From the IMG/VR virus record IMGVR_UViG_3300021494_000019, positions 1 through 60,270 of that record: a DNA stretch of 60,270 nucleotides. One strand, 5' to 3'. This document shows positions 36,433 through 46,842 of the stretch, in pieces. How positions within the stretch are numbered: the stretch's first letter is position 1; the number at the start of each line of letters is the position of its first letter. The notes beneath the pieces were generated by a model. The model was not told the DNA's origin, did not search any database, and worked only from the letters and a program-made list of their open reading frames with translations. Origin of the DNA: a virus (taxonomy: Duplodnaviria; Caudoviricetes). Made by a program: the position numbers and the translations under genes.

Positions 36433-39144
36433 TTATGATCTCCCTATAACCGCAGGCTGGAGTCCGTAGCGTCGTTGAATTATCTGAGCTAAAGCTCCAC
36501 CTTCGGCAATGTTCATTCCCGCTAATTCGCCGATGATTACTTTTATATCTCGGCCTCCCCGAGCATTACGACCTTCTTCTACACGAGCAGGCGTGCCTGA
36601 GTAATTATGTATCTCAACATTAACTCCATTAGAAGCCTCTACACCTAAGTTGCCTCCGGGCATTCGCTTCAGAGGCAAGATTGCTTCGGGTCCTGCCTCT
36701 CCCATGAGACCGATGCCATGTTGAAAACCGAAAAATGTTGGGCGATCTACAATGCCACCTTTAGCAACTCTTTTTTGAGGAATATTAGTTTGATCAAATC
36801 TTATTAGGGCACTCTTAGCTATCGAAGAAAAAGCGGTCATTAAAGGCTCTGTAATACTTCTACGAATCACTATTCGAGCAAGGTCGGCCAAGATAGAATT
36901 GACTAAGTCTTTAAATGACATCTTACCGGTAGTTACGAATTGCTGAAGCGCATCAGTTATATTATCAAGAACGTCCCTAAAATCATTACGGAAGCTCTGT
37001 ATGCGATTTTTCCAATAATTAATAGCCTTACCGACTTCTCTGCCAATATGATTAAATGTTTTAGCAAAACGGTCGAATTCTTCCTCATTCAATCGCTCAG
37101 TTTCTGCATGAAACCATTTAAACAACTTTTGTTTATCCGTAACATATTTATTAAACAGATCAAAACGCTTCTTAAGATTATATCTTTCGTATTGATATTG
37201 ACTGAGTATGGTCTTTCGATATGCCTCGCCAAAGTCTGCAATAACTTTTTTAGCTTTTTCAGCGTTAGCTATGGCTTCATCTATCTGCTCTCTTAATCCC
37301 TCAAGAGAAAAAACCTGACCTTTTTCGAAGTCCGGCGGAGTTAGAATCTTTTCCATAAGATCTGAAATAGAAGTTCCGAAAGATTCTAAATAAGGCTTTG
37401 CGAAATCTAATAAATCTTTAAAATTCTTCTTAAAATTAGCTTTGTAGCGATCTATAAAACCTTTATCTCTATAAGGAGAAACAACAGTACCTTCGACTAA
37501 GCCTCCTTGAAGCCTTTTTCGCTGACGAAGTTCTTCATCAGTGAAATCTTTAGATAATTTATTTCGTGCAGAGAAGAAACGCTTAATGGTTTTCCATAAT
37601 CCTAAGTACCCTGCCGCTTCATTTTCTATGGCATCTAAATGATCTATACTGCTTTTCTTAGCGGCATCAACAAACTCCTGACGAGTTTTTTCAGCATCTT
37701 TAGTTGTATCTATGAAAGCTCTCATACCAACATAAGAAACGGCGAAAGTAGCTGGTAAGATTAGCAGTTTGGCTATCATAGAATTTAAAAGTTTGTTTAA
37801 GGTGTCGACGGCTGTTCCTAAATCTTTAAAATTCTCTTTAAAAAATTTGAAAGTGCCTATAACTATATCCAAACTTGCTATCTGCAATAAGGCTTTTTTA
37901 AACCGACGAACAAGTACAAGGACGGCTCTAATGGCCATAAAACCTATGAATGCTTTAAGAGCAGTTCTTAATTGAGGAGTCAGGTTTCTATAAGCAGTTG
38001 CTAAATATCCAATAGCAAGTGCGGCATCTTGAAACAGTTGCAGTACTGATTTTAAAGCATCTCGCATAAGTTTCATCAAAACAACATTTCGCTTGACTAC
38101 GTCTTCTTTTCCCATAGTCTTAGCGAACTTATCTGCGGCATCAGCGAAAGCTGCGGCAAAGATATTTCCTACTTTTTCGGAAGCTGAAGCAAGTCTAATC
38201 GTATTAATCCAAACACTTCTGACAGTTTTATTCCAAAAGTTTAAGGCTTCATTGACATCGGAACGAAGAATTAAGCTAACAACTTCCTGCCAGTTTTCAT
38301 GAACTGCTGTTACGACCTTACCGAGAATCTCGGTTCGATGCGTTTGTTCTTTTAATCTTTTAATATCTTCTTCAGATAAAAGACCTAAGAATTTTAAAGA
38401 CCTGATGACAATATTAGTCGTCTTCATCTGACCTTGCATTAAGGATTGAATCTCTTGTCGAATTTGTTTAAAAGTTGCTCCTGTAGTTTTGGAAACCATT
38501 ACAGTAAAATCGACAAAAGAAGCGAATGCTTTGGTCATAGTTTTAGGCACAAAAACACCTGCCTGAGCAAGCTCATCCATAGCCGTCGATAATTCTTCAA
38601 CCGAGCTAAGAGTATGAAGGCTGGCTTTGTACATAGCATCAACATTAACACTCGCGCGCTTATAGGCTTCAGCGAAGGAAATGACGCCTTTAGTTCGCAT
38701 CGTATACCAAAACGCCAACTTAGCCTGAAGCGACGCTAAGCTTCCTGACTCTTGGATGGCTTCTGTTATAGTACTAACGAGCTTAGATAATCCAGCCTCA
38801 AAAGCATTCATAGCTCGATAAGCAACAGTGAAACCGAGAGCTACAATACCGAATCGCTTCCACCAACCTGCTTTAACCCTTCGCGAAGCTTTTTCGTTCT
38901 GTTTAGCAAAAAGCTCAACAGCGGCACCCATACGTCGCATAGAATCAGCAATTCGCTTACTCACCCTTCTTTGAGCTTGAGCAAAACGATCAAGAGCCGT
39001 CCGCATACGTTTCGTAGCCCGAACTGAGTGGCTACTCATGCTTTCTTGAGCCTGAGCAAAGACTTTCTCAGAGCTTTTTAACACTCTGATAAAGTCTTTA
39101 TTATCTAAAGTTAACGCACCTGCTAAGTTGTAAACATCTAACAT
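36433..39144 (-). CDS. tape measure protein
   Basis: Long helical protein; TGK.SFKDL..SILADL, GEAGPEAILPL. Confidence 0.9.
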   Translation of the reverse strand: MLDVYNLAGALTLDNKDFIRVLKSSEKVFAQAQESMSSHSVRATKRMRTALDRFAQAQRRVSKRIADSMRRMGAAVELFAKQNEKASRRVKAGWWKRFGIVALGFTVAYRAMNAFEAGLSKLVSTITEAIQESGSLASLQAKLAFWYTMRTKGVISFAEAYKRASVNVDAMYKASLHTLSSVEELSTAMDELAQAGVFVPKTMTKAFASFVDFTVMVSKTTGATFKQIRQEIQSLMQGQMKTTNIVIRSLKFLGLLSEEDIKRLKEQTHRTEILGKVVTAVHENWQEVVSLILRSDVNEALNFWNKTVRSVWINTIRLASASEKVGNIFAAAFADAADKFAKTMGKEDVVKRNVVLMKLMRDALKSVLQLFQDAALAIGYLATAYRNLTPQLRTALKAFIGFMAIRAVLVLVRRFKKALLQIASLDIVIGTFKFFKENFKDLGTAVDTLNKLLNSMIAKLLILPATFAVSYVGMRAFIDTTKDAEKTRQEFVDAAKKSSIDHLDAIENEAAGYLGLWKTIKRFFSARNKLSKDFTDEELRQRKRLQGGLVEGTVVSPYRDKGFIDRYKANFKKNFKDLLDFAKPYLESFGTSISDLMEKILTPPDFEKGQVFSLEGLREQIDEAIANAEKAKKVIADFGEAYRKTILSQYQYERYNLKKRFDLFNKYVTDKQKLFKWFHAETERLNEEEFDRFAKTFNHIGREVGKAINYWKNRIQSFRNDFRDVLDNITDALQQFVTTGKMSFKDLVNSILADLARIVIRRSITEPLMTAFSSIAKSALIRFDQTNIPQKRVAKGGIVDRPTFFGFQHGIGLMGEAGPEAILPLKRMPGGNLGVEASNGVNVEIHNYSGTPARVEEGRNARGGRDIKVIIGELAGMNIAEGGALAQIIQRRYGLQPAVIGRS

Positions 39145-39392
39145 TTTCTCTTAGCCTTTTTTAAAAACTCCCAACTTTGGTTAATGCGTTCTTTGTCCAT
39201 CTTTGGCGGATTTATCAGATATTCATATTGACGCATTAAAACCATACGAGAATTTTCAGTCATGTGAGGAAAACTTGCAGCCTCAATTTCCAGCAGCTGT
39301 TTCTCAAGCTGCAATTTTCGTCCCTCACTTAGGTAGCTAAAAAATTGGGAGATGGTTAGACGCTTAATATCTTGATCCGTCCAACCATACAT
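39138..39392 (-). CDS. tail assembly chaperone, frameshifted C-terminal part
   Basis: YGWT...I..LT..Q; open in the -1 frame back to the slippery site. Confidence 0.8.
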   Translation of the reverse strand: MYGWTDQDIKRLTISQFFSYLSEGRKLQLEKQLLEIEAASFPHMTENSRMVLMRQYEYLINPPKMDKERINQSWEFLKKAKRKC

Positions 39393-39397
39393 AGAGG

Positions 39398-39724
39398 CTA
39401 ACTCTGCATACCATCGTTTCCATCGAAAGGGCCTTGATCAGCCTCCGTACCTTCCTGCATGTCTTTGAGCATCCATTCTCTAATAGCATCCAAAGCTATT
39501 CGAGCGGCTTTCATGCCGATAGTAGATTGAAGCTCTTCAATTGAAACATCCAGTATTTGGCTAAGCTGAATATAGATGAGCTCTGCTACATTTTCCTCAT
39601 CTATCTCCAAAGCCTGCCGGAATGTTTCGACAGGAATGTCTGTTATGGTATAAGTTTTTCCTCCAAGTTTCAGAGTTAATGCGTCGTCTTTGATTTGAGA
39701 ATCAATATCGACAGTTTTATGCAT
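39398..39724 (-). CDS. tail assembly chaperone
   Basis: Between tail tube and tape measure. Confidence 0.8.
   Translation of the reverse strand: MHKTVDIDSQIKDDALTLKLGGKTYTITDIPVETFRQALEIDEENVAELIYIQLSQILDVSIEELQSTIGMKAARIALDAIREWMLKDMQEGTEADQGPFDGNDGMQS
39425..39431 (-). other. -1 ribosomal frameshift heptamer C CCU UUC
   Basis: Correct X XXY YYZ phase; -1 frame reads PFRWKRWYAELASMYGWT into the 39138 ORF. Confidence 0.8.
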
Positions 39725-39749
39725 CTAACCATCTCCTTTCATAGATTAA

Positions 39750-40286
39750 TTAAGTGCCACTTTCTGCGGCATCTTCATCGCCAAGGAAGTAAAGAACATC
39801 GTCGGCATTCGGAAAAGCTCGAAAAACAACTTCGATGATGCGCTGAGATGATCCATCAAAAGGCACCTCGAAGTTGCCTAACGGAGCTGCACTTGGAAAT
39901 TTGATCCAATCTTCCGTATCGGATGAAATACTTCCATCAACATATTTCTTCAGTAAAAGCTCATCAGCAAAAGATGTCATACGAGTGCCGACTAAACTAT
40001 CGCCTTTGATGCCATGTTTACTATTCAATGCTGTTACTGTTTGATTAAGAGCTATGGCCAAATTATCGAGAGTATACTCGGCGAGTGGTACAGTAATAGT
40101 AGCACCACTTCCGGTTATCACTTGATTCTCAGGCTGAGTGCCGTATTGATCAGATAACAAATCCGCAGCATCTGTCGAGAAGGCAACTCTTACGCCTCCT
40201 TGAGTGCGGCCTAAATCTGTTTGACTTGATCCCCAATACACTCTGCACGGCCCAAGATCTAAATTTGCAGAACTTGGTGTTGACAT
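39750..40286 (-). CDS. major tail tube protein
   Basis: LGP..V.W....LG.T.GGV, DQYG, V.LAE.TL.NL; synteny. Confidence 0.85.
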   Translation of the reverse strand: MSTPSSANLDLGPCRVYWGSSQTDLGRTQGGVRVAFSTDAADLLSDQYGTQPENQVITGSGATITVPLAEYTLDNLAIALNQTVTALNSKHGIKGDSLVGTRMTSFADELLLKKYVDGSISSDTEDWIKFPSAAPLGNFEVPFDGSSQRIIEVVFRAFPNADDVLYFLGDEDAAESGT

Positions 40287-40311
40287 GTTAATCCTCCTTA
40301 ATTACATCTTT

Positions 40312-40335
40312 GTAATTTCGTCGTTACGAAATTAC
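40312..40335. promoter_or_regulatory. GTAATTTCG-N6-CGAAATTAC palindrome
   Basis: Perfect arms, spacer TCGTTA. Confidence 0.8.
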
Positions 40336-40965
40336 CCTTTTAAAAACAAACGATTGAATATCCGCCGACCTCAGATGAGATTCAATCATTGCATGTGTCA
40401 CTAACGTATAGTCCCATTTAGTCATCAAATTAATCAACGCTTTTGTTGAGAACATCCAAATATGCTCATAAGGCACATAATGCTTCCAACAAAAAATGTT
40501 TTCAACGTTGTCTATTACCGGTAAGGTTATAAAGATAAACTCAGCTCGAAACTCTTTCACAATCGGAAGTCTTTCAATATGCTCAAACGAATCCCAAAAA
40601 GTTAAAGCATCAATATGATCCTCTTTGAGGAAGTTATGATTAGGATAGAAGTAAGGATCGTAAGAATAAACCTTGATCTTTTCTCCCCTATCTGAAACTT
40701 TCCAAAATCGCTCAAAGGTTCTTGCTCCGCAACCGAAATCTAACAAAACGCCTTCTTTAAAATAATCCAGAACAAGGTTTTGCCTCGCCTGAAAAATCTG
40801 CTTAGACAAAGGCGTCTTTTCGTAAAGTTTATAATGGAGCCAATAAAGATCATTATAACTCGATCGAGTTGGCCGAAGATCGGCATAGAGATGATCTTTC
40901 TCACAATAACACAAGCCGTCAATGCTTATGAAGGGCTTACTGCATATTGGACATAATCTATTCAC
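40324..40965 (-). CDS. class I SAM-dependent methyltransferase
   Basis: LLDFGCG, TFWDSFEH, WKHY.P.EH.W.F; N-terminal CPIC. Confidence 0.85.
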   Translation of the reverse strand: MNRLCPICSKPFISIDGLCYCEKDHLYADLRPTRSSYNDLYWLHYKLYEKTPLSKQIFQARQNLVLDYFKEGVLLDFGCGARTFERFWKVSDRGEKIKVYSYDPYFYPNHNFLKEDHIDALTFWDSFEHIERLPIVKEFRAEFIFITLPVIDNVENIFCWKHYVPYEHIWMFSTKALINLMTKWDYTLVTHAMIESHLRSADIQSFVFKRVIS

Positions 40966-42646
40966 AAAAATCCTCCGAAACTAAAGTAGTTTTAGCAAAA
41001 GGAGCTGAAGAATCAAAGGCTCCAAAGTGTTCGATAACAGAAGGAACAAGAAGCATAGCTTTATATCCCTTTTCGACCAACTCACTATTTTTTTTGATAT
41101 CGCTTGAAGTAATCATCGTACCAACTTCAAAGAAGCCGTGAATGTTCTTCATATCTTCCATTGTTATTAGATAGGCGGCATTACATCCTCGACTAATTCG
41201 ATAATCACTAACTGATGTCGAATAAACTTCCAAAGTTGTTTCGTCATCGTATATTGGATGAATCGAATTAAATCCAGAGCAGGTAATTATTTCTGGATGT
41301 TCTTTTTTCGCTTCTTCAAAAGCTAAGATCATCTTCTGAACCCAGTAGGGTTTTAGAATGAGATCGGAATCGCATCGCAAGACATAATCGCAGTCACAGT
41401 CTGAATCATACATTCGCTGGATTAAGTAATTAGATGCGTGAACAGTTTCATTAACCTTATATTTTCGATAAAGTTCATCGACTTCTTCGAAATCTCGATG
41501 GTAATAATGAACAATGCAATCTTTCGATGTATGTTTCTTTTGAAAGTCCAAAAGAAGCTCTTCGACTCTGGGATCGATACTTGCATCGTTTAAAAAGAAT
41601 ATCTCAGACTTCGGCAAATGCGATCTTTCCAGATATCCGAGAAAATCTCTAAGAGCATAATAGCGATCTCGGCAAGGTATCAAGAAAGCAACTGATTTAT
41701 CCGTTTTCAATTTTTTGCCTTTAAGACGATGTGTTGAGGGAATCTGCCAAAATCTTTTAGGTTTTTTAGAATGCTTAAGAAAATTCATCAATCTACGAAA
41801 AACTTCATCGGGAGTAATTTCATCCATACAGATAGGATTATCGCAAACTTTCCAGATCATTTTCTGAAAGCAGGGAGCGCAAGATACGTAGCGACGAACA
41901 ACATCAAATCTCGACTGCAAAGGATGAGCTCTTGATGTCAACATAGGTCCTTCGAGGAGTAGTACAGGTGTTCTAACAGCATCAGCAACGATACTGTTTC
42001 CGGTAGATACGGAAACTAAAGCATCACACTGCTCAAGCACCTTAGCTGTCTGACGAATTGTTAGTTTATCGACGAAATCTTTGCCTACGCAACCTTTCAA
42101 CTCATCACCTAAGCCTACTAAAACAACAGAATAACCTTGGTCTTGCAAGATTTTTGAGAGCTCAGGAAAATATTTCCAACGTTTTTTATGAGCCTGGTTA
42201 GTTGATGCACAATTAGACAAAGCTATTATAGGTCGAGGCAGATTTAGCAAGGGCTCATCATCTGGCTCAAGTAAATAACCATCGAAATCTTGCCAGGAAG
42301 CTCCAATCATTCGCAGATACTCTTGAACCTCGTGGACGCCTTCTGTATGCCAATTAATCGTTCTGGAGCGTTTGACTATTTCATCTCTTTTCTTAGCATA
42401 ATTAAGCGGAACTGACCAGTTGGCCATAAAAATTCGCTCGTACTTATCCTTATCGAGCTCAGTCAAGATATTATCAAAAATACCTTCAGTAATTTCTCGC
42501 AAAGGCTTATAGTTATAGAAATAGTCATCAGTAATTAAATCAATATGCTCATAACCCCATTTCTTCAAAATCTTAATCGCCGCAGAAAAGAAAATGAAGT
42601 TTCCCATACCATTAGAAAACAATACTGCTACAGGAGCTCTTGACAT
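40958..42646 (-). CDS. GT9 (heptosyltransferase-like) + GT2 glycosyltransferase fusion
   Basis: GMGN, KRW..F.EL, A.VL..CD..VS.STG...A.A..TP, C.PC...C...CM..I; then LIP...R, NDAS.D, DSD, PS...H.G. Confidence 0.85.
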   Translation of the reverse strand: MSRAPVAVLFSNGMGNFIFFSAAIKILKKWGYEHIDLITDDYFYNYKPLREITEGIFDNILTELDKDKYERIFMANWSVPLNYAKKRDEIVKRSRTINWHTEGVHEVQEYLRMIGASWQDFDGYLLEPDDEPLLNLPRPIIALSNCASTNQAHKKRWKYFPELSKILQDQGYSVVLVGLGDELKGCVGKDFVDKLTIRQTAKVLEQCDALVSVSTGNSIVADAVRTPVLLLEGPMLTSRAHPLQSRFDVVRRYVSCAPCFQKMIWKVCDNPICMDEITPDEVFRRLMNFLKHSKKPKRFWQIPSTHRLKGKKLKTDKSVAFLIPCRDRYYALRDFLGYLERSHLPKSEIFFLNDASIDPRVEELLLDFQKKHTSKDCIVHYYHRDFEEVDELYRKYKVNETVHASNYLIQRMYDSDCDCDYVLRCDSDLILKPYWVQKMILAFEEAKKEHPEIITCSGFNSIHPIYDDETTLEVYSTSVSDYRISRGCNAAYLITMEDMKNIHGFFEVGTMITSSDIKKNSELVEKGYKAMLLVPSVIEHFGAFDSSAPFAKTTLVSEDFCE

Positions 42647-43068
42647 ACCCGCCTCCAAAAATATGCAGGTTTAATATCGCCGACTAAGCAAATATCAAAA
42701 TACCAAATCCATCTTCCGGGATGCATATATCTATTAATCCATACCAAAGGAATTCCATAACTTGACGCAAAACTTAGAGTCGCCAAGCGATGATGAAAAT
42801 TTTGATCCGCCTCCTTAACGACCAAAGCGTGGCTATGGATTAAAACACTTGGCTCGCCTGCTTCGTAGTTACGACAGACATATCCAAGTTTTTGTCCGTA
42901 GCTAACAAAATCTTCGGGAATTTTTCCGATCCAATAAGTAACCATCGGTTGTTCTTTACGCTCAATGTATCTGACTATTTGAGCTTTAGAAGAACTAACT
43001 TCTTTGAGTTGTCTTTTCTGCTCAACATATCTTTGATTAGCTGAGCGTGATCGAAAAACTACTGCCAT
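42628..43068 (-). CDS. hypothetical protein (possible glycosylation accessory)
   Basis: Overlaps the GT start. Confidence 0.65.
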   Translation of the reverse strand: MAVVFRSRSANQRYVEQKRQLKEVSSSKAQIVRYIERKEQPMVTYWIGKIPEDFVSYGQKLGYVCRNYEAGEPSVLIHSHALVVKEADQNFHHRLATLSFASSYGIPLVWINRYMHPGRWIWYFDICLVGDIKPAYFWRRVCQELL

Positions 43069-43455
43069 TTAAGCTCCTTTCCATATTGTAAAGTTTAAGG
43101 AATAAATAAAACTGCCTCCTTGTGATCTGGCTAACTTTTGCGGCAATGCTACGGGGTCACAATAAAAAATGTTTTCATTTGCCAAATCATTATCAGAGAA
43201 TCCTGGCGCATGTGCCATAAGCTCAAAAATTTCAAAAGCTAAAGTTTCAGCATCGATGACCGACCTATCCATACACAAAATCTGAATAGCTCTTTGCTCC
43301 AAATTACTTTCATTTCGAGTTCCTCCAGGTGTTTCGGTAACTATGATCGCCTTAGCAGGTACTTCATAGACTTCAGCTCCGACAAAGATATCTGTATCTA
43401 TTGCATAATTGGTCGAGTTTTCTAAATACTTGGCGATGTTATGCATCAAACTCAT
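43069..43455 (-). CDS. tail terminator-like protein
   Basis: Size, DIFVG...ETPGG...IQI, synteny. Confidence 0.7.
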   Translation of the reverse strand: MSLMHNIAKYLENSTNYAIDTDIFVGAEVYEVPAKAIIVTETPGGTRNESNLEQRAIQILCMDRSVIDAETLAFEIFELMAHAPGFSDNDLANENIFYCDPVALPQKLARSQGGSFIYSLNFTIWKGA

Positions 43456-43847
43456 TTGTAAATCTTATCCCGCATAATTTTAAAATATTTCTCTCTATGC
43501 CGACGCATTTTGGCTTCGACCCACTTAGGCCCTGATCCAGGTCTTGTATATCGAATAACCGTATCGGCTTTTTGACCATGAATGCCTTCGTGAACATAGG
43601 TAGCGTAAGGAACATCTTTAACGCCAATAATACCAACTAAACGCTCACCTTTAACTATTTTAGTCTCATGGCTATTGTATAATTTCCCTGTATCTATCGG
43701 ACAAGAGGGAGTTTCATCTAAGGCATCTTTTAGCAAAGCATCTAAAGCAGCTTGCATAGCATTTTCTTCAACACCTTTAAGACTTTTCATAAGAGAAATA
43801 CGAGCGTTTCTCATTGCTTGTTTTTCAAACTTTATACTTACTTTCAC
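43452..43847 (-). CDS. neck protein (HK97 gp10-like)
   Basis: PIDTG.L..S, YA.YVHEG. Confidence 0.8.
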   Translation of the reverse strand: MKVSIKFEKQAMRNARISLMKSLKGVEENAMQAALDALLKDALDETPSCPIDTGKLYNSHETKIVKGERLVGIIGVKDVPYATYVHEGIHGQKADTVIRYTRPGSGPKWVEAKMRRHREKYFKIMRDKIYK

Positions 43848-44152
43848 GATAAGTATGCCTCAAGATGATGAACTCCCGCCTCGTCACGTGCATGAACTAA
43901 CTTAACAATAGGACGTTGTTTTCCATCAACGATTATTTCGTCCTGCTCAGAAACGTTAGCATCGTGCTTCAGATAAACAACGGTATTTGATGCTAAACGA
44001 TCTCCTGCAGCAGTGCGGATAAGTTCTCGTTTCTCTGCTACTCTCGCAGGAACATTAGTTTGTACTGATTCTGACCGTGCCCCTGCTGAGATAGTAACAT
44101 TAACAATCGAGACAGTATGAGTCAATCGAGCATTAAAGCTACTGATAGTCAT
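43844..44152 (-). CDS. head closure protein
   Basis: Size, beta-rich, synteny. Confidence 0.7.
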   Translation of the reverse strand: MTISSFNARLTHTVSIVNVTISAGARSESVQTNVPARVAEKRELIRTAAGDRLASNTVVYLKHDANVSEQDEIIVDGKQRPIVKLVHARDEAGVHHLEAYLS

Positions 44153-44537
44153 GCATTCCTCGTTTAAACAAAGGCTTGACTAAGGTTGTATCGTCAGCAG
44201 TATCATCTTTGAAACTTGTCTCAATGCTTCCGACCCATGGAGTTCCTCCTCCACGAGCTGAGTGCATATGAATTAAGTCTTTATAATGATTAACCATATT
44301 GCGGTTAGATTCAGAATATCCTTCAACCTGATAGCTTTCTGGATTTTTAGCTATTTTGGCCAAGATCAATCGACAACAAGCAATTACTCTTAGATGAAAA
44401 TTGCTTTCCTCGTCCATGATCTGCTGAATTTCTTCATCTTGCAACAAGGCTCGATCAGAATCAGTATCCCCAAGTTCAAGACGCAGACGCATCATTGCAC
44501 TTGAGGATAACTGATCTACATCGTAGGTAAAAGACAT
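44139..44537 (-). CDS. head-tail adaptor
   Basis: FTY...RL.LGDTD....LL.DEEI; after capsid. Confidence 0.8.
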   Translation of the reverse strand: MSFTYDVDQLSSSAMMRLRLELGDTDSDRALLQDEEIQQIMDEESNFHLRVIACCRLILAKIAKNPESYQVEGYSESNRNMVNHYKDLIHMHSARGGGTPWVGSIETSFKDDTADDTTLVKPLFKRGMHDYQ

Positions 44538-44548
44538 AACTAACTCAA

Positions 44549-45553
44549 TTAAGAGATTGTCGTCCCTAATGCTATGGCATTATGAAAAAAGACTCCACAA
44601 TCAGCCGCAACGAGCTTGATGTCTTCATAGACAGAGCCTTCAATTACCGTGCCTTTGATTTTGTTTTCATACCATCTACGAATGGTAGACTCCAACTTTT
44701 CAGCGGAACGTCCTCGTTGAATAGGTTTCTTCCAGCGGAAGGTGTAGCCTCCTGAAGGCCTCCGCTTCGTGGGACGAGGAGCTGAATAGACTAACAAAGC
44801 ATCGTTTTCGTCCAGGATGAAGTTCAAATCATTTGTGCCTTCCGGTGTGGATGAATATAAAGCCGATCCGACAAGGTAACGATCAACTTCAAATACCTTA
44901 GCTAAAAGCTGTGGCGTGATGATTCCCGCCTGGGTGTATTTGTAGCGATCAATCACATCGGAATGGTTCTTTAGGGCCTGATGAACTCGCATCGAAACAA
45001 CGAGAGTATTAGGCATCAAGCCTGTCAGACCTTTGATGACTGCTTTGGCATCCTCGATATCTTCAATCGGAGTGCCACCTGTTTCATCCCAACAAGTAAA
45101 CTCATTCGTACCGGGAGTTACGGTTTTGCCTTCGAGATCAGTAGTCCATACGCCTGTTTGGAAATATGCAGACGCCCACAACCTCTCGCGTTTGATCTTA
45201 AGTTTTTCAACAACATACTCAACAGCCTCTTCTTCAAGATCGAATACTTCATCTGCGTTATCGATGTCTTCATCGGCAATAGCCTTATGGAAGGCATATT
45301 CATCGCAGTAGAAAGTTCCAGGAGTGGTTAGCTGATAGCCGCCTCCTGTAGATTCGGTCAAGATAGCTCGCTGTTGTGCTTCATCTCTGAACCAATCATA
45401 TTTATTATAAATCGCATACTTATCCGATTGTTTATTAGTCAAAACAACCGGAAAAACCTGATCGGCGATATAATCCGAAGGCTGATTCATAAATGCGATG
45501 CTAAGATTGCTCAGATAAGTGTCAATATGTAAATCACTTTGTGTCGGGTTCAT
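44549..45553 (-). CDS. major capsid protein
   Basis: HID..LSN.SIA..N...IAD.VFP.V...QSDKY, PNTLV, PSGGYTF, D.K.VAAD.G. Confidence 0.9.
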   Translation of the reverse strand: MNPTQSDLHIDTYLSNLSIAFMNQPSDYIADQVFPVVLTNKQSDKYAIYNKYDWFRDEAQQRAILTESTGGGYQLTTPGTFYCDEYAFHKAIADEDIDNADEVFDLEEEAVEYVVEKLKIKRERLWASAYFQTGVWTTDLEGKTVTPGTNEFTCWDETGGTPIEDIEDAKAVIKGLTGLMPNTLVVSMRVHQALKNHSDVIDRYKYTQAGIITPQLLAKVFEVDRYLVGSALYSSTPEGTNDLNFILDENDALLVYSAPRPTKRRPSGGYTFRWKKPIQRGRSAEKLESTIRRWYENKIKGTVIEGSVYEDIKLVAADCGVFFHNAIALGTTIS

Positions 45554-45565
45554 GTGTTATCCTCC

Positions 45566-45931
45566 TTAAGCCACAGTTCCGAATTCCATGAGTACAGAAA
45601 CGGTATCTCCAGAATCTCCGCCTTCAAGAGCAATCGCTCCATAGCGTTGGCCTGAAGTTGCAGCAACTGTTTTACCATTAGCATCAGACGTTAATCGACT
45701 TCCGGCTGTTACAGTTCCGCCAAGAACTGCCTTAGAAATGCCTACTCGACGTACCTGTGCAGCGACGCCTGATTCGGGCTTGTTTTGCAACAGTCCGACG
45801 AGCTCTGTATCTGCCGCAGTAGCGATGGCTACCGTGTAATCGGCAGAGACTTGCATCCAATAAAACTGCTTTTCGGACAAATCAGTTGCTGTTTTCATGG
45901 AAATGTCATAGACTTGTTGTGAAATAGCCAT
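45566..45931 (-). CDS. capsid decoration/cement protein
   Basis: A..DLS..QF, G.LQNKP, G.SK..LGG, ALE. Confidence 0.75.
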   Translation of the reverse strand: MAISQQVYDISMKTATDLSEKQFYWMQVSADYTVAIATAADTELVGLLQNKPESGVAAQVRRVGISKAVLGGTVTAGSRLTSDANGKTVAATSGQRYGAIALEGGDSGDTVSVLMEFGTVA

Positions 45932-46842
45932 TATAATTTCCTCCCCTGACGATAAAGGTTCCAAAGTTCAGGATTCTCTTTACCGATCTTAACCATGGCC
46001 TCAGCACGAGTAAGTTTCTCATCTTTTTCCATAAGCTGATCAACCAACTTGTTAAGTTTGCCTTCGACATCAGTAGCCTCATCGGCTTCGAGAGAAGTTC
46101 CTGTTTCTTTGAAAACTGTTTCGATAGCCTCACCTGCCTTAGTTAAGCTGGTAAGAATGTTATCATAAAGCTCTTTGCTAACTTTTTCTGCCTTCAATAG
46201 AGTTGATACGATGAGATTGGCATCGCCCGGAATGTGCTTATCTTTGATAAGCCGTTTGAGCTCAGCCGTTTTGCGAATCTCTCGCTCTTTTTCGGCCTGA
46301 GCCTTAACGACATCAAGAGCTTTTTTCATCTCTTCATTGGCTTTAAGCAGAGAAGTGATTCGCTCATCATCGCTCTTATTCATTTCCTTTTCAAGCTCTT
46401 TGCGAATCTCATCTTCGAGCTCTTTCCTGAGATCTTTTTTGAGTTTTTCCGTATCGATCTTGGCAGGCTTAACAGCGTTAATAAGATCTTCAACAAAATT
46501 CTCAGGTAAGTTGTCTTTAGATGTTACGATTACAGATCGAGCCGCTTTGATTGCGGAAACGGTCTCATCTGCAAAATTTTCATCTTTTGCGATGATGTCC
46601 AATTCCTTCTCAAAGGCTTCTTGATCTTCCCTTAGCTTCTCATCTTTCAGAAGCTCAAGTAATTTCTCCATGGAATTTCCTCCCTTTGATTTATTAAGTA
46701 TCTTGAGAAGTCGAGAATCAACTTCGTCAAAATCATCATTATCGTCTTTCCTCATGAGAAACCTCTGTTGGTTTTTTGGGTTGTACGCTAAAGAGATTTC
46801 TCGAATGGTAGGAACAATCCTACGTTTCTTAGTTTTAGCCAT
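45931..46842 (-). CDS. head scaffold protein (possible internal start at 46671)
   Basis: Charged coiled coil; N-term EISL...N; internal GGAGG SD before MEKLL. Confidence 0.7.
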   Translation of the reverse strand: MAKTKKRRIVPTIREISLAYNPKNQQRFLMRKDDNDDFDEVDSRLLKILNKSKGGNSMEKLLELLKDEKLREDQEAFEKELDIIAKDENFADETVSAIKAARSVIVTSKDNLPENFVEDLINAVKPAKIDTEKLKKDLRKELEDEIRKELEKEMNKSDDERITSLLKANEEMKKALDVVKAQAEKEREIRKTAELKRLIKDKHIPGDANLIVSTLLKAEKVSKELYDNILTSLTKAGEAIETVFKETGTSLEADEATDVEGKLNKLVDQLMEKDEKLTRAEAMVKIGKENPELWNLYRQGRKL

